A stretch of DNA of 51,736 nt, taken from Elsinoe ampelina (Eukaryota). The translations under genes were made by a program, and so were the position numbers. Of this stretch, positions 34,533 to 46,854 are shown piece after piece. Location: contig ML992502.1 of assembly GCA_010093995.1 (NCBI GenBank), positions 1,956,312 to 2,008,047 of the forward strand, in the 5' to 3' direction. The stretch's first letter is position 1; each line of letters begins with the position of its first letter. The notes under the pieces are model-generated. The model was not told the origin of the DNA and ran no database searches. It worked only from the letters and a program-made list of their open reading frames with translations.

Positions 34533-35363
34533 ACAAGCGAGCGATCTAGACTTGTAAATAGAAACACCTACCATTATGCCGTATCTCGAACCTGCGAAGT
34601 CCATGGCTCTATATTCCATATTCCATGGCTTCTGGCGACTCCTATCTTGATCTAGCAATGGAAGGATGTCCGTCTTTCCCTGCTGGAAGCAAATCTGGAA
34701 TAGACAGAGGAGCAAATGAGGAAGTCGCGCGGGATGTCCGACCTCACTTCGTCCTTCCGCACACCATGGACTGGGCCTCACCAGCAAACCAGCAAGGTTG
34801 CAAGCTTCAAGAAACTCGCAGCTTTCGAGACTTTCCTGGTAGTTACTATATCATTCTCCTGTCTCCTTGATGATAGAAACCGTTTGCTGGATACTATCGA
34901 GCGAAGTGGTCTTATCCTCATCTTGACACACTCATCTCTCTGTCTCTTTTCCACGCCACTATACCGCATATCCGGAACAGATCATGACGTGGAAACAAAA
35001 CCATGTTTGCCACTTTGTTATTTGAAATTGAGCACATCATTTTGAGTTTTACCCACAGTTCCCACCCGAGGTCACACCAGATCTGGCGGCTCAACCCGCG
35101 TTGTGGAGGAGATCTGGATGGGCCAATTGCCGCCGGTCCTTTGCTGATTTGCCCGAGAAGAGAGCAAAACTGGGTCTTGGCCGGTCGCGACATCGGGAGG
35201 AGGGCCCTGGCAATGTTCCCTCTGGGCGAGACGTTTGTGGCCATCACGAACAAATTTTCTGTCTCTCTATCCTACCATCTCACATCCTTACTCAGATCTG
35301 TAGCTATCCCACCACAGATCTGTTCCAACCGTCCACGATCTGGTCCCTCGATCTGTTTAGACA

Positions 35364-38300
35364 ATGGCTTCCGTCCTCACCGTCGGAGAGGCTGGTATGA
35401 GTCCCCCGAAGCCCCGCAATGCCGCGGGATTGCTCACGGAAATGGACTGACACTTTCATAGTTGCACGGATTGCATACCTGAGCAGCGACGTTGTTGTAT
35501 CAGTGCAGCCCTCCCTGACGAACGAGACCGAGTTCTCAAAGTTCTTTGAGACTTTCAAGAGCAACAAAGCTTCTGGTGTTGTTGCAAAGGACGGCGCTGA
35601 GGTATGTTTTTACATTGCGAAGAAAGTGCTTTGCTGACCTTGACACCAGATCATTCGTGTCCGGCACAATGCTGACCCTCTCCTTTCCGTCTTTGAGCCG
35701 GCTCGAGCTGGCAAACTCGTCTCCGTCTCAACGCCATCCTCCATCCTCGTAAAATCGATACCACATCTTTACAAACTCGCACAATACCCTGTAGTGATAC
35801 ACACCTCATTACAGCCGACCGCACATCCAGACTACTCCGACATCACATCGATCAGGCAGTCTGGATTCATTTTCCTCCAATCTGAGACCTTGCAAGAGGC
35901 ACAGGATATTGCCCTCACAGCACATGCACTTGCCATCAAGTCTGGCAAGGGTGTTATTCACTTCTTCGATTCCGAGACAATTGACAAGGACTCATCGATC
36001 CCGCAAGAGAACAGAGATTTGGTTAGAAGGATACTCGGAGTGGATAGCTCGAGATCAGTCCAGGCTGCTCTCGCAGAAGAGAACTCCCTGTATGCCGACG
36101 ATGGCAGATTACCTACCCGGACAGTATTCGGCAGCAACGACCGGGACCGCGTTCCCACGGTTGAATCTGGCAGCACTTCATCCGGATCAGACAGGCCAGC
36201 CCCATTACGAGCAAGCGACCTCGAATCGTCCGTAGCAACGTCTCCTGAGCGCAATACCAGCAGCGACAGTGCTTCTGTCGGATCATCCGCCGCGACTTCA
36301 GTGGAATCCGTACACCAGAAGCCTATCTCGTCCGACGATATTGATGCGTACGTCAATCAGATTTGGTCGGAGCTGCAGAATGCAACTGGCCGTGCATACC
36401 AGGCTTTCGAGTACAGCGGTCCTTCTGACGCCGAGACTGCGCTGTTTGTTTTCGGATCCGACACAGCTTTATTCGGCAAGGAGATTGATCAAGCCACCTC
36501 GCAGGATGAGTTTTACAATGCCGCAATCATTACGCCACGCCTTTACCGACCCTGGTTGGGCATCAAGCTTGCGAGGGCTGTTCCGAGGAGCATCAAGCGC
36601 ATTGCTGTGCTCGAGCAGGTTCAGCGAAAGACTACCAAGTGGGGTCCTCTCCTGTTGGATGTTCTGATGTCTCTGAAGGCCGCCAACACTAGTGGTCCCA
36701 CTATCGTTGGCCACCAACTTGGGTACATCGAGCCGTCGACTGTCAAGCAGGCTCTGCGCGGCATCTTCCAGAATCTCAAAAGCCCATCCCCGATTCAGAA
36801 CCTGGAAATTGGCAAGCACGAAGAGAAGGCTCCGCAGGGAAAGGAATATACCCTAAAGCAGCCCGATGCTGAGAATGCTTACATGAAGATTTTGCGTCAG
36901 ACCTTCTCCGACAGACTCTACATCGCCAACCGTCTCAAAGCTGACAACGCCGGCATCAACTCGGAAATGTCCGCGAACCCAGAGTTTGGATTTGGCTCAC
37001 TTTTAGCTCGTTCGGAGCACCGCCAGCGTTTTGTGGAGGAAGTCAAGTCGGCGTCAAAGAGCAAGGAATTCATCACAACCGCACCATCGAAGTGGCTCGG
37101 CAATTGGCTGCTCGAGGCCGAGAAGGGTGGTAAGGTTGATGAGATTGCCCCAGAAGTCATTGCCAGACTCAGCACCGATGGATCATTGTTAGCGCGAGGC
37201 TTGGCTGAGAAGAAGGCATTCTTCTACAATGAGTCACAGTGGCTCATCGGCTCGGATGCGTGGGCTTATGATCTCGGCAACTCTGGCGTTCACCACGTTC
37301 TCGCGTCCGGCAAGAATGTGAACATGCTCATCGTTGATTCTACGCCGTATTCCGAGAGGGCTGCTGCAGATGCTGCGCGGAGAAAGAAGGACATTGGTCT
37401 CTATGCCATGAACTATGGCAATGCCTATGTTGCCTCCGTTGCAGTCTACAGCTCATACACTCAAGTCTTGCAGGCCATGATCGAGGCGGAGCAGTTCAAT
37501 GGTCCTTCGGTCATTGTTGCTTACCTACCTTACCACAAAGAGTCAGACTCACCTTTGACCGTTCTCCAAGAGACGAAGAAGGCCGTCGACATTGGCTACT
37601 GGCCTCTGTACCGATGGGATCCGAAGGCCGAGGAGCGTGGCGAGGACAACTTCCAGCTCGACTCGGAGCGCATCAAGGACGAGCTCAAGGCTTTCCTCGC
37701 TCGTGACAACCATCTCACTCAGGTCATGCGGAAGCACCCTCAATTCCACGCCAACCTGTCAGAGTCATATGGTACGGAGGTTGTAAAGACACAGAAGCGC
37801 ATGGCCAAGGATGCATACACCAAATTGCTCGACAGTCTTGCTGGTGCCCCAATGACTGTCCTTTTCGCATCTGACAACGGCAATGCCGAGAATGTCGCCA
37901 AGCGATTGGCCACCAGAGGTCGTGCCCGTGGTCTCAAGAGTATGGTCATGGCTATGGACGACTACCCGGTCGAGGATCTTCCCCATGAGGAGAATGTCGT
38001 ACTTGTCACCAGCACAGCCGGTCAAGGTGAGATTCCTCAGAACGGCAAGAACTTCTGGGAGACAGTCAAGGGTTCCACCGACTTGGATCTCGCTGGTGTC
38101 AACTTTGGTGTGTTCGCCCTTGGTGACAGCCACTACTGGCCACGCAAGGAGGACAAGCACTACTTTAACAAGCCCGGCAAAGATCTTCACAACAAGTTCC
38201 TCGCTCTCGGCGCGAAGATGCTCGTGGACGTCGGTCTCGGTGACGATCAGGATCCTGATGGATACCAGACCGCGTACGTCGAGTGGGAGCCCAAGCTTTG

Positions 38301-40125
38301 GGATCTGCTCGGTGTAGGTAATGTCGAAGGTCTGCCAGAGGAGCCTCCACCAATGACCAACGAGGACATCAAGATCCAGTCCAACTTCCTTCGCGGTACC
38401 ATTGCAGAGGGACTGTTGGACGAGTCGACAGGCGCCATTTCTGCCGCCGATCAGCAACTCACCAAATTCCACGGCACGTACATGCAAGACGACCGTGACT
38501 TGCGCGACGAGCGTAAGGCGCAGGGTCTCGAGCCGGCCTACTCCTTCATGATTCGATGCCGCCTGCCTGGTGGCATTGCTACGCCTGACCAGTGGCTCCA
38601 GATGGATGCCATCTCTGACAACCTCGGCAACGAGACCATGAAGCTCACGACTCGCCAGACCTTCCAATTCCACGGTGTTGTCAAGGGCAAGCTGAAGCCG
38701 GCCATGCAAGCCATCAACCGGTCGCTCATGACCACCATCGCAGCGTGCGGTGATGTTAACCGTAACGTTATGTGCTCTTCCCTACCAACCAACAATGCCT
38801 ACCACCGAGAAGTCTACGCCTGCTCCAAAAAGATCTCCGATCACTTGTTACCCAGCACGATGGCCTACCACGAGATCTGGCTCACCGATGACAACGACAA
38901 GAAGACCCAAGTCGCCGGCGACGCAGTCCAGGACTTCGAACCACTCTACGGTCCTACCTATCTTCCTCGAAAGTTCAAGATAACAATCGCCATTCCTCCT
39001 CATAATGACACTGATGTTTACGCCCATGATGTCGGCCTCATTGCTATCAAGGGCGATGACGGCCACCTTCTTGGCTTCAACGTACTGGCTGGTGGTGGTA
39101 TGGGCGTGACTCACAGCATGAAGAAGACCTATCCGCGGACAGGGAGCATGATGGGTTACGTGAACAAGGAAGAAGTCCACATTGCTTGCGAAAAGATCAT
39201 GCTCGTGCAGCGGGACAATGGTGACCGCAAGAACCGCAAGCACGCCCGCCTAAAGTACACCGTCGATGACATGGGCGTCGACAATTTCCGGGCCGAAGTC
39301 GAGAAGTACTGGGGGCGTAAATTTGAGTCGGAGCGACCATTCGAGTTCAAGAGCAACATCGACACCTTCGGCTGGGTCAAGGACGAGACGGGACTCAACC
39401 ATTTTACCATGTTCATCGAGAACGGTCGTATCGAAGACACTGCAGACTTCAAGATGAAGAGTGGACTGGTCGAAATCGCCAAGCTAAATGTCGGCGAGTT
39501 CAGATTGACCGGCAACCAGCACTTGATTATCAGCAACGTTCCGGACTCGAGTCTTGACCAGGTCAAGAACCTTATGAAGCAGTACAAGCTCGACATCACC
39601 AACTTCTCCGGACTCCGCCTGAGCTCCTCCGCCTGCGTCGCCTTCCCCACCTGCGGTCTCGCCATGGCTGAATCAGAGCGCTACCTCCCCGAACTCATTA
39701 GCAAGCTCGAATCCACCATCGAGGAAGCTGGTCTTCGGCAAGAAAGCATTGTCATGCGTATGACTGGCTGCCCGAACGGATGTGCTCGTCCGTGGTTAGC
39801 GGAAGTCGCGTTCGTCGGAAAGAGCTACGGCGCATACAACATGTACCTCGGCGGTGGGTATCACGGACAAAGGCTGAACAAGCTCTACAGGAGCAGCATC
39901 AAGGAGGATGAGATTTTAGAGATCATGCGACCGCTGGTGAAGAGGTTCGCGAAGGAGAGGAATGATGGTGAGCATTTCGGTGACTGGCTCATCCGGGCGG
40001 GTGTCATTAAGCCGACGACGGAGGGCAAGGCTTTCCACGAGGACGTGAGTATAAATGACAACGAGTGAGAATGCACATATACTGACGATGGACAGACTGC
40101 CGAGCTCGAAGAGGATGATGAGTAA
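35364..40125 (+). CDS. MET5: Sulfite reductase (NADPH) beta/hemoprotein subunit
   Basis: PFOR-like N-terminus, flavodoxin domain (FASDNGNAE, STAGQGE), TKFHGTYMQDDRD, ACGDVNRN, CVAFPTC and MTGCPNGC siroheme/4Fe-4S motifs; introns at 35395-35461, 35602-35649 and about 40045-40095; stop at 40123-40125. Confidence 0.95.
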
Positions 40126-40531
40126 GACTCCTACAAAAGGAAAGAATGTCTGGGTTCTGCTTTTTTTGCATTGCACGGCGGAATACCATGAAAAGCTTTT
40201 GAAGTTGTACATAGCATTTCGGAAAAGAAATACACGAATTAATTTCAGCCACTCGCCAGTCACCAATCTCGGACATCATTACAGCGATTTTGCTTGTTTG
40301 CGAACAAGATTCAGTGTGTTCTGGAGCATAATTCTTCTACCATCCGAATATAAAGCTCACGACCATGCCACCTCTTTGTCCTCAACACACAACCACACCT
40401 CTGCATAGACAATACTCAACTACGCCTCTGCATCCACGTTGCACCAGGACGCATTTGCATCCACAATCAACCACACCTCCACGACCACAAAACTAAACAA
40501 CAACACATCCACCACGACACCAGATCACACC

Positions 40532-41746
40532 ATGCCTACCACCCCAACCCTTCACACAACCATACACCTGCCCCACCGCCCACCTCCCCCCCTCCCCACC
40601 CCTACCCCACCCTTCCCCCTCCTCCACGCCCTCCCCTTGGACCTCAAATACCTCCTCGTCGAGCACCTCGCCCCCTCCTCCCTCCCGGCTCTCCTCCTCG
40701 CCTCCCCCCTCTACGCCGCAATCTACACCACCCGACCCCCTCACCACCTCGTCCGCAGCCTGCAATCCTTCCTCAACCTCCCCTCCCTCCGTCTGGCTCT
40801 GGCCGCCTACCGCCTCTCGCACGGGGTATTCGCCCACTCCGCCGCACCGATGACCAGGGAGAGGATGCACGCCGAGATGGGCAAGTTCTTCTCCGCGCTA
40901 CCTTCCGGGGAGGACGTGGGGCCTATGGCGGGGAGGGAGGCGTGGTGGGTGGTGCAAAGGTGGGGAGGGGGGATGGAGGGGTTGGAGAGGGCGTTTATGG
41001 GGATGCTAGAGGGGGATGTGAACGGGTTGGAAGAGGAGATGAGGGGGCGGATGCTGCCGGGGTTGGAGGTGGTTAGGGGGGAGGTGAAGGCGGGGTTGTG
41101 GGGGGTGGAGGTGGAGAGTCTGGTGGTGAGAGTCGTGGAGAGGGCGGGCGGGGATGTGAGGGCCATGTTGGGGAGGTGGGGGAAGGCGAGGGATCAGCAA
41201 GGGGTAGGGGAGGGGAAGGAGGGGACGATGGAGATGGTGAGAATGTGGTTGGCGAGGGTGTGGTGGACGTGGTTTTGGAGGTTGAGGGAGTCGCAGAGGA
41301 GGGTGCTGGTAGGGGAGTTTGTGAAAGTGAGAGGGGGGAGGTCGAGTGTGGTAGGAGTGGGAGAGGATTTGTGTCGGTTCATGGCATCGATGGGATTGGA
41401 GGTGTTGATGGATCTGACGAAAGAGAAGAGTGCGTCTAGGGTAGGGGAGAAGTGGATTGGGTGGTTGAAGACTGGGAGGTGGAAGATGATGTCCGGTGGA
41501 AGGCTCGACGCATACGTCGATGAATGCCCTACCAAGAAGTTGATACTAAAGGTGCTTACCGAGGAGGGGATGCCTGGGGAGACGGGTGCTGGAACCAAGA
41601 CACACGGTCCTGGACAGGCTGGAAAGAGTGGATCGAAGAGAAGCAAGAAACGAGTCTTGGACATCACCTGGCCAGGAGCCTGCTTGGGTGTACGCGAGGA
41701 GTATCAGCTCCTCGCGAAGAGTCGCAAGGTGGCAACGTCCAATTGA
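40532..41746 (+). CDS. Hypothetical protein with an N-terminal F-box-like motif
   Basis: LLHALPLDLKYLLVEHL...LPALLLASP resembles a fungal F-box; first in-frame ATG near 40532; extreme compositional bias. Confidence 0.55.
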   Translation: MPTTPTLHTTIHLPHRPPPPLPTPTPPFPLLHALPLDLKYLLVEHLAPSSLPALLLASPLYAAIYTTRPPHHLVRSLQSFLNLPSLRLALAAYRLSHGVFAHSAAPMTRERMHAEMGKFFSALPSGEDVGPMAGREAWWVVQRWGGGMEGLERAFMGMLEGDVNGLEEEMRGRMLPGLEVVRGEVKAGLWGVEVESLVVRVVERAGGDVRAMLGRWGKARDQQGVGEGKEGTMEMVRMWLARVWWTWFWRLRESQRRVLVGEFVKVRGGRSSVVGVGEDLCRFMASMGLEVLMDLTKEKSASRVGEKWIGWLKTGRWKMMSGGRLDAYVDECPTKKLILKVLTEEGMPGETGAGTKTHGPGQAGKSGSKRSKKRVLDITWPGACLGVREEYQLLAKSRKVATSN

Positions 41747-42764
41747 TGGGCGGACAGCATGGAATACTAGGAAAAACATGCAACGTCTTGGATCGACAAG
41801 ATTGGACTTGACGCATTGGGCGATGCGCTCATACTATAGTCGATAGTAGTATACATCGATGAGCAGGAAGTTGAGATCAAATCGTGTGCGTTTGAGGCAA
41901 AAAGCACTTCCGGTAAATGGTCGCCGCACGGGTGAAAACGGCTTGAGCGGAGTAGACCCCGGGCAACAAATCCAAATCCAACTGCTAACCTTATACTCAA
42001 TCTACAATTATTTTGTCCATGTATGCAAGCCAGCGTCACGCTGATATTGATTGTCTACACGCTCTCTTTGGACCGTTTTGCGTATCGAGTCGATCGATTG
42101 CCCAATGCAGGCTCAACTGGACCATGAAGCATGTCAATGATGGCATCTCCAAAGAGCGGCAGGAGGCGTTCATGTCTCTGTTTAGCATGTCGATCAATGC
42201 TCGCCCTGGTGTCAAGGCATCCCCAGGAGTCAACGGCTTGTGGGCTCTTAATTTACCTGCTGACTTCCTGTTTCACCTGTGCCTGTTCTCTTTATAGACA
42301 TTGTCTCCGCTATCGCCAGCCACACTGACTCCTGTCATGCCCGCGGAGCCGCAGATCCCACTGCCAACGCTCTCCATGAGCCGAGTGACTATTCCTGTCA
42401 TGGAAGAAGCAAGCGAAACCAACCACTCACTCGGTGCCGCCAACCACCAACCTGGGTGAGTTCACGGTAGTAATCCTGCAGGTCCCGTTCATCTGCACTA
42501 TGCTGGGAAAAGCTGTCAAAGCCAAATAGCGCCTCTCGCTTATGATGATCATCTCCTTTGGCATGGTTCGTGATTTCCATGTCTCGCTATCACGGGACAA
42601 GCACAGAGAGCGGCATGAAGGTCTGATCGCCCGACCACGAGCACCAGTCTGCCTATATTTGAGTATCGCCCTTCCACCAGTGCGTTTGCCTGTTCATCAT
42701 TCGCCTACTCAACAGAAATCCCCTTTCACAGATCAACTTGTCGTAAATTTCCGCAAAGTTTATC

Positions 42765-43583
42765 ATGCTCAAACTCACAACATTACTAGCCTTGGCTTCA
42801 TGGGCTGTAGCCGACGAGATAGTACTTGCCAGACCCCGCCAATTGGATGGCGTCTCACCAGCAGACCTGCAGACTCGATCACTGTTCCTTGACAAACGGC
42901 AAGGTTGCCAAGGCACTCGGTTCGAAAACTCATACTGCTGCTCGTCCTCGACTTACTGCTTCAATGGGGAAGTTTGTTGCAACAATGGCTTCTGCTGTCC
43001 CGGAGGGTCCACATGTCTCGAAGCGACATACCAATGCTCCGGTCGGGGTGATGGCTTTGGTACTGGCACAGCGATCCCGACTACCACGACCCGGGCGACA
43101 GCAACTAGGTCCGATCTCACTTCATCCAACACTGCCATTGCCGGCGGTGCAGACACGTACACGACGGTAGTCATTGTTCAATACTTCAGTTACTCACTCA
43201 CGTACATTTCCCCGACCACTACCCTCACCAGTGAGGAGCAAACTCTCACAACGACCGTGCGGGCATTCGCCTCCAACGCTGCCGCGGGTCAAAGTCTGCT
43301 ATCGTCACGCGCGGAGGACATTACAAGCTCGGTCAGCATTTCAGCAAGCCAACAGAGCAGTCGGTCCGCCGCCTTTGCCAGCCTTGCTGCGACAAGAACA
43401 ACCACCAGCCGGGCTTCTTCCATTGCTAGTGGAACCAGCACTGCAACCAGCACAAGTACTTCGGTACCGGCTGGATCCTTGGGAGCGGGTAGCGCTCTCC
43501 GACTAGATTCCTACGACAGGTTGCTCGGCCTGCTCATGTTCGTCGTGGCCATGACTAGTGGTCTGGGTGCATTGCTTCTCTGA
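42765..43583 (+). CDS. Predicted GPI-anchored cell-surface protein with a Cys-rich domain and S/T stalk
   Basis: Signal peptide, Kex2-like KR site (DKRQ), 10-Cys domain with three CC pairs, S/T-rich region and hydrophobic C-terminus (LLGLLMFVVAMTSGLGALLL). Confidence 0.85.
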   Translation: MLKLTTLLALASWAVADEIVLARPRQLDGVSPADLQTRSLFLDKRQGCQGTRFENSYCCSSSTYCFNGEVCCNNGFCCPGGSTCLEATYQCSGRGDGFGTGTAIPTTTTRATATRSDLTSSNTAIAGGADTYTTVVIVQYFSYSLTYISPTTTLTSEEQTLTTTVRAFASNAAAGQSLLSSRAEDITSSVSISASQQSSRSAAFASLAATRTTTSRASSIASGTSTATSTSTSVPAGSLGAGSALRLDSYDRLLGLLMFVVAMTSGLGALLL

Positions 43584-44850
43584 AGAGCTCAATCAGCTTT
43601 CAACGATTCAGCGCCTCCACACTTCAGTGGTACTTTGTAGTGACAATGTCAAGCTCCGCAGCACATCCGATCAAATGTCTCATTCATTGCGTGTTTCGCG
43701 TGTCAAGTAATCAATTTCGAAATAGCATTGATGGTGAAAGGGGCGAGGTGAAGTCAAAAAAAGCTTGCCGAAGGTGCCGGGCGGAAAAAATCGACACCGC
43801 AAACATCTCGGCGACCTGTCCATCGACATCTACGGTACCTGCATAAGACCTTTCCATTTGTCATCAATGCCTTAGCCGTATATTGTTCTGTCTATGCGCG
43901 ACATCGGGTCTTTTGAGCCGACTACTTGGAGACGTTATGCAAAACTACCGGGAGCAGGGTCGTACATCCTCATCTCAATGCGCTACAACAGAGTACAGTA
44001 TACGCGACAGTCACGAAAAAACGCCTTGTGAATTCTAGCGGCCGAAATTCGCAGGCTCTACCGAAGATAGTGTCCTCTTCGAATAGGTCTCATCGACGTA
44101 GACACTCTGCCTGGAAGCATGTATTACAGCACCCAGGTCTAGTCGTGGCACAACGCCTCCTCCATCAATGCGCCATGGTTACCTTGACAAGAATGACCAT
44201 CAGCCCCGCAGGAGGAGTCGCCTTGACGGACTTGATCAGGAAGGTAGAGAATCTCGGGGAATGGACCTACCAGGTTCGTGTCGAGATCTTGCGAGAATGA
44301 TTGAAGAAGTCGTTATGGATGACAGTCAGGAGGAATATGCTGATGGTCAGCTGAAGCTTTTTACGACACGTGCGAGTACTTTGAGGCCAAGAATCATCCA
44401 TCCGTGGAAACAACCGTGTTACAGCTCCAATCCAGCTTAGTCTCCGCGTATCACTGGACATGCTTCCGGATAGAATGCCACTTCATTGGTCACCTATGCG
44501 ATAGTAGTCTCCGAGACGGAACACCGACCACAACTGTCCATACTATCAAAGCATCCGACTATATTACATTGTGTAGGGTTCATCTGTCACACACGAGACA
44601 ACCATCACGTCTTCGACATCATGCAGGCGATCGTGAGACTGTGGAGAAGAGGAGTGAGATGCAATATCGGCGAACGTCTGGTCACATTAATTGACAAAGC
44701 AAATCGATGCAATGTGCTCGTTCCGAATGTATCCCCCGAGTATCAAGACATTACGGAAGGTATAAGAACCACCTTTTGGCCAGGGTAAGTCGGGCATCTC
44801 TTTACTTTTCATCGCGACCTCCAAGCAGTCGCAAGCATATCAACGACATC

Positions 44851-45840
44851 ATGCTTCTCAAGTCCTTCATCCAGGCGTGGGCCTTCACTGGTATCGCAGC
44901 CGGCCAGTCTCAGTCCATTGTTCAGGTCCGCCAGAGCGACCCAGAGTTGTCTACCACCTTGGACGTCCTCAATCGCGTCCCAGACATCGTCCGTCTTGTC
45001 ACTACCACCCCTGGCCTCACCGTCTTCGCCCCCACCAACGCCGCCTGGGACCGGCTCTTCGGGCCCATCAACCAAGGCATCCCCGACCTAGAGAACCGCA
45101 CCAACCTCCTCGGCGAAATCCTCCGCTACCACGTCCTCCCCTCCAGCCTCCCCACCTCCGCCATCAACGACGGCGGCGTCTTCCGCTCCACCCTCCTCCA
45201 GAACAACTTCCTCACCACCGTCCGTCCAGGCCAAGTGATCAAAGCCCTGCGCGTCCCCACCTCCCCCGTCTCCTTCAACATCACCTCCGGCGCCGGTTCC
45301 CAGTCCATCATCACCAAAGCCGTACGTTCCCCCTCCCTACCTCCCCGCCCCCGGTCATCCCCCCACTAACACCCCCAGGACATCCCCTTCGCCAACCGCG
45401 GCACAGCCCACATGGTCAACCGCGTCCTCACCATCCCCGCCCTGGTAAACAACACAGCCACCGTCTCCGATCCCCCCTTCACCACCTTCACCGACGCCCT
45501 CGACGCAGCCGGCATCCTCGACCCATTCAACAGCCTCACGCAATCCGCCACGGTATTCGCGCCGAGCAACGTCGCCTTTGCGAAATTCGGCCCCTTGCCG
45601 ACGGGTGATAAGTTGCGGAGGCTGTTGGAGTACCATATCGTCGAGGGCAGGATCGTGCGGTCCGCGGATTTGAGGGTCGGGCAGTTGTTGCCGACGAAGG
45701 ACGGGCGGGCGGTGAGGGTGACGGGGGCGGGGGCCGGGGCGGGGGCGGGGGTGCGGGCGGGGCCGGGGATGGTTGATGTGCCGGTTAAGAATGGGGTTTT
45801 GTGTGGGATTGATGAGGTTTTGACGCCTCCGGGGTTTTAG
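44851..45840 (+). CDS. Secreted fasciclin (two FAS1 domains)
   Basis: Signal peptide; H1 motifs TVFAPTNAAW and TVFAPSNVAF; LRYHV and LEYHI; H2 motifs HMVNRVL and NGVLCGIDEVL; intron at 45322-45378. Confidence 0.92.
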
Positions 45841-46399
45841 AGGGGATGTTGAGAGGGGGAGGGAGGGGGAGGGGAGGAGGAGAAGGCTGGGAGGGGAAAG
45901 GGGTGGTGCGGGAGGAGAGGGAGAGGGAGAGGGAGGAGGTGCTAGGTCCGTTTCAACAATGAGGGATTGTGCTTGGCGAGTTGAACCTCCTTAGTTCTCG
46001 TTTCGATACATCTACTCCGTGCGAAGGTGTATCTGATGTTGACATGATTCCATTTTGAAGATGCGGCTTGCCTCGCTCAACATCGAGGTGACATCAGATA
46101 CCTCGTCGTCGGCTACGATGCTCCTGGTCCGATAAGGGGTCACCAGTTACTTGAAAAGGGGCATAGAAGAGGTCTTGTTTTTCGCCGCCACAAAGTAGTG
46201 GACAGCGCCAGTTCCATTGTCAATCCAAACCCAGCGGCAGCACCAAAGGCACTACCACCAGGCTCTCAAGTCTTAACTACAAGATTTTCGAAGAATAAGT
46301 CCCAGTCTCTCCAGTCCACCATCAGGCAGACTATATTTCAAGCCTGCCCTTTCCCCTCCCTCCCCTCCTTCTCTTGTCCCATATCTGTGAGGAAGAGAT

Positions 46400-46854
46400 C
46401 TAGTTAGACCTCAAAAAGCACCTCAATCCCTGGGGGCAGGACCCGCCGACAAAATTGCCGGGGAAGCGCTGGTCACCGCTCAAGTTGGGCACGAGGCAAG
46501 CAGACCTGGTGCCAGCACCGGCGCAGTCGTTCTTGACGCAGCAGCCGCCAAAGTTCTGGCCTCCGACGGCGGCGCAGGCTTGAGCGGAGATGCGGGAGCC
46601 TGTTCATATGCATCAGCCACTGCGCACCACTAAAGGAAAGGGGAGAGGGACTCACCGTCCAAGTTGCTCGGGATGCTACCGCCGGTCTCGGCCTGGGCTT
46701 CACCGGCGGGGATGACGCTGGCGGAGACACGGCATGTCTGGACCGCAGCGGTGCCGCCTTGGCCGCCGCGAGTGGCTCCGCCGCCGCGCTGGCGCTGCTG
46801 GGCGAGAGCGCCGGAGGCGGCGAGGGCGAGGATGGCGGTGATGGTGAACTGCAT
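46400..46854 (-). CDS. Small secreted cysteine-rich protein (132 aa, 8 Cys), effector candidate
   Basis: Signal MQFTITAILALAASGALA; intron at 46600-46655; exon 2 reads SRISAQACAAVGGQNFGGCCVKNDCAGAGTRSACLVPNL...GSCPQGLRCFLRSN*. Confidence 0.85.

Noticed and set aside
33485..40125. FAD synthetase plus sulfite reductase as a sulfur-assimilation cluster (PAPS reductase misread)
   Set aside because: The motifs (GGKDC, GTRRTDP, GYTSLG) fit FAD synthetase rather than Met16. I found no clear ATGRYRYCAT CYS-3/MetR site upstream of MET5, so the adjacency is probably incidental.
46400..46854. Hydrophobin call for the 8-Cys protein
   Set aside because: It has only one CC doublet, so the spacing does not fit class I or II hydrophobins.
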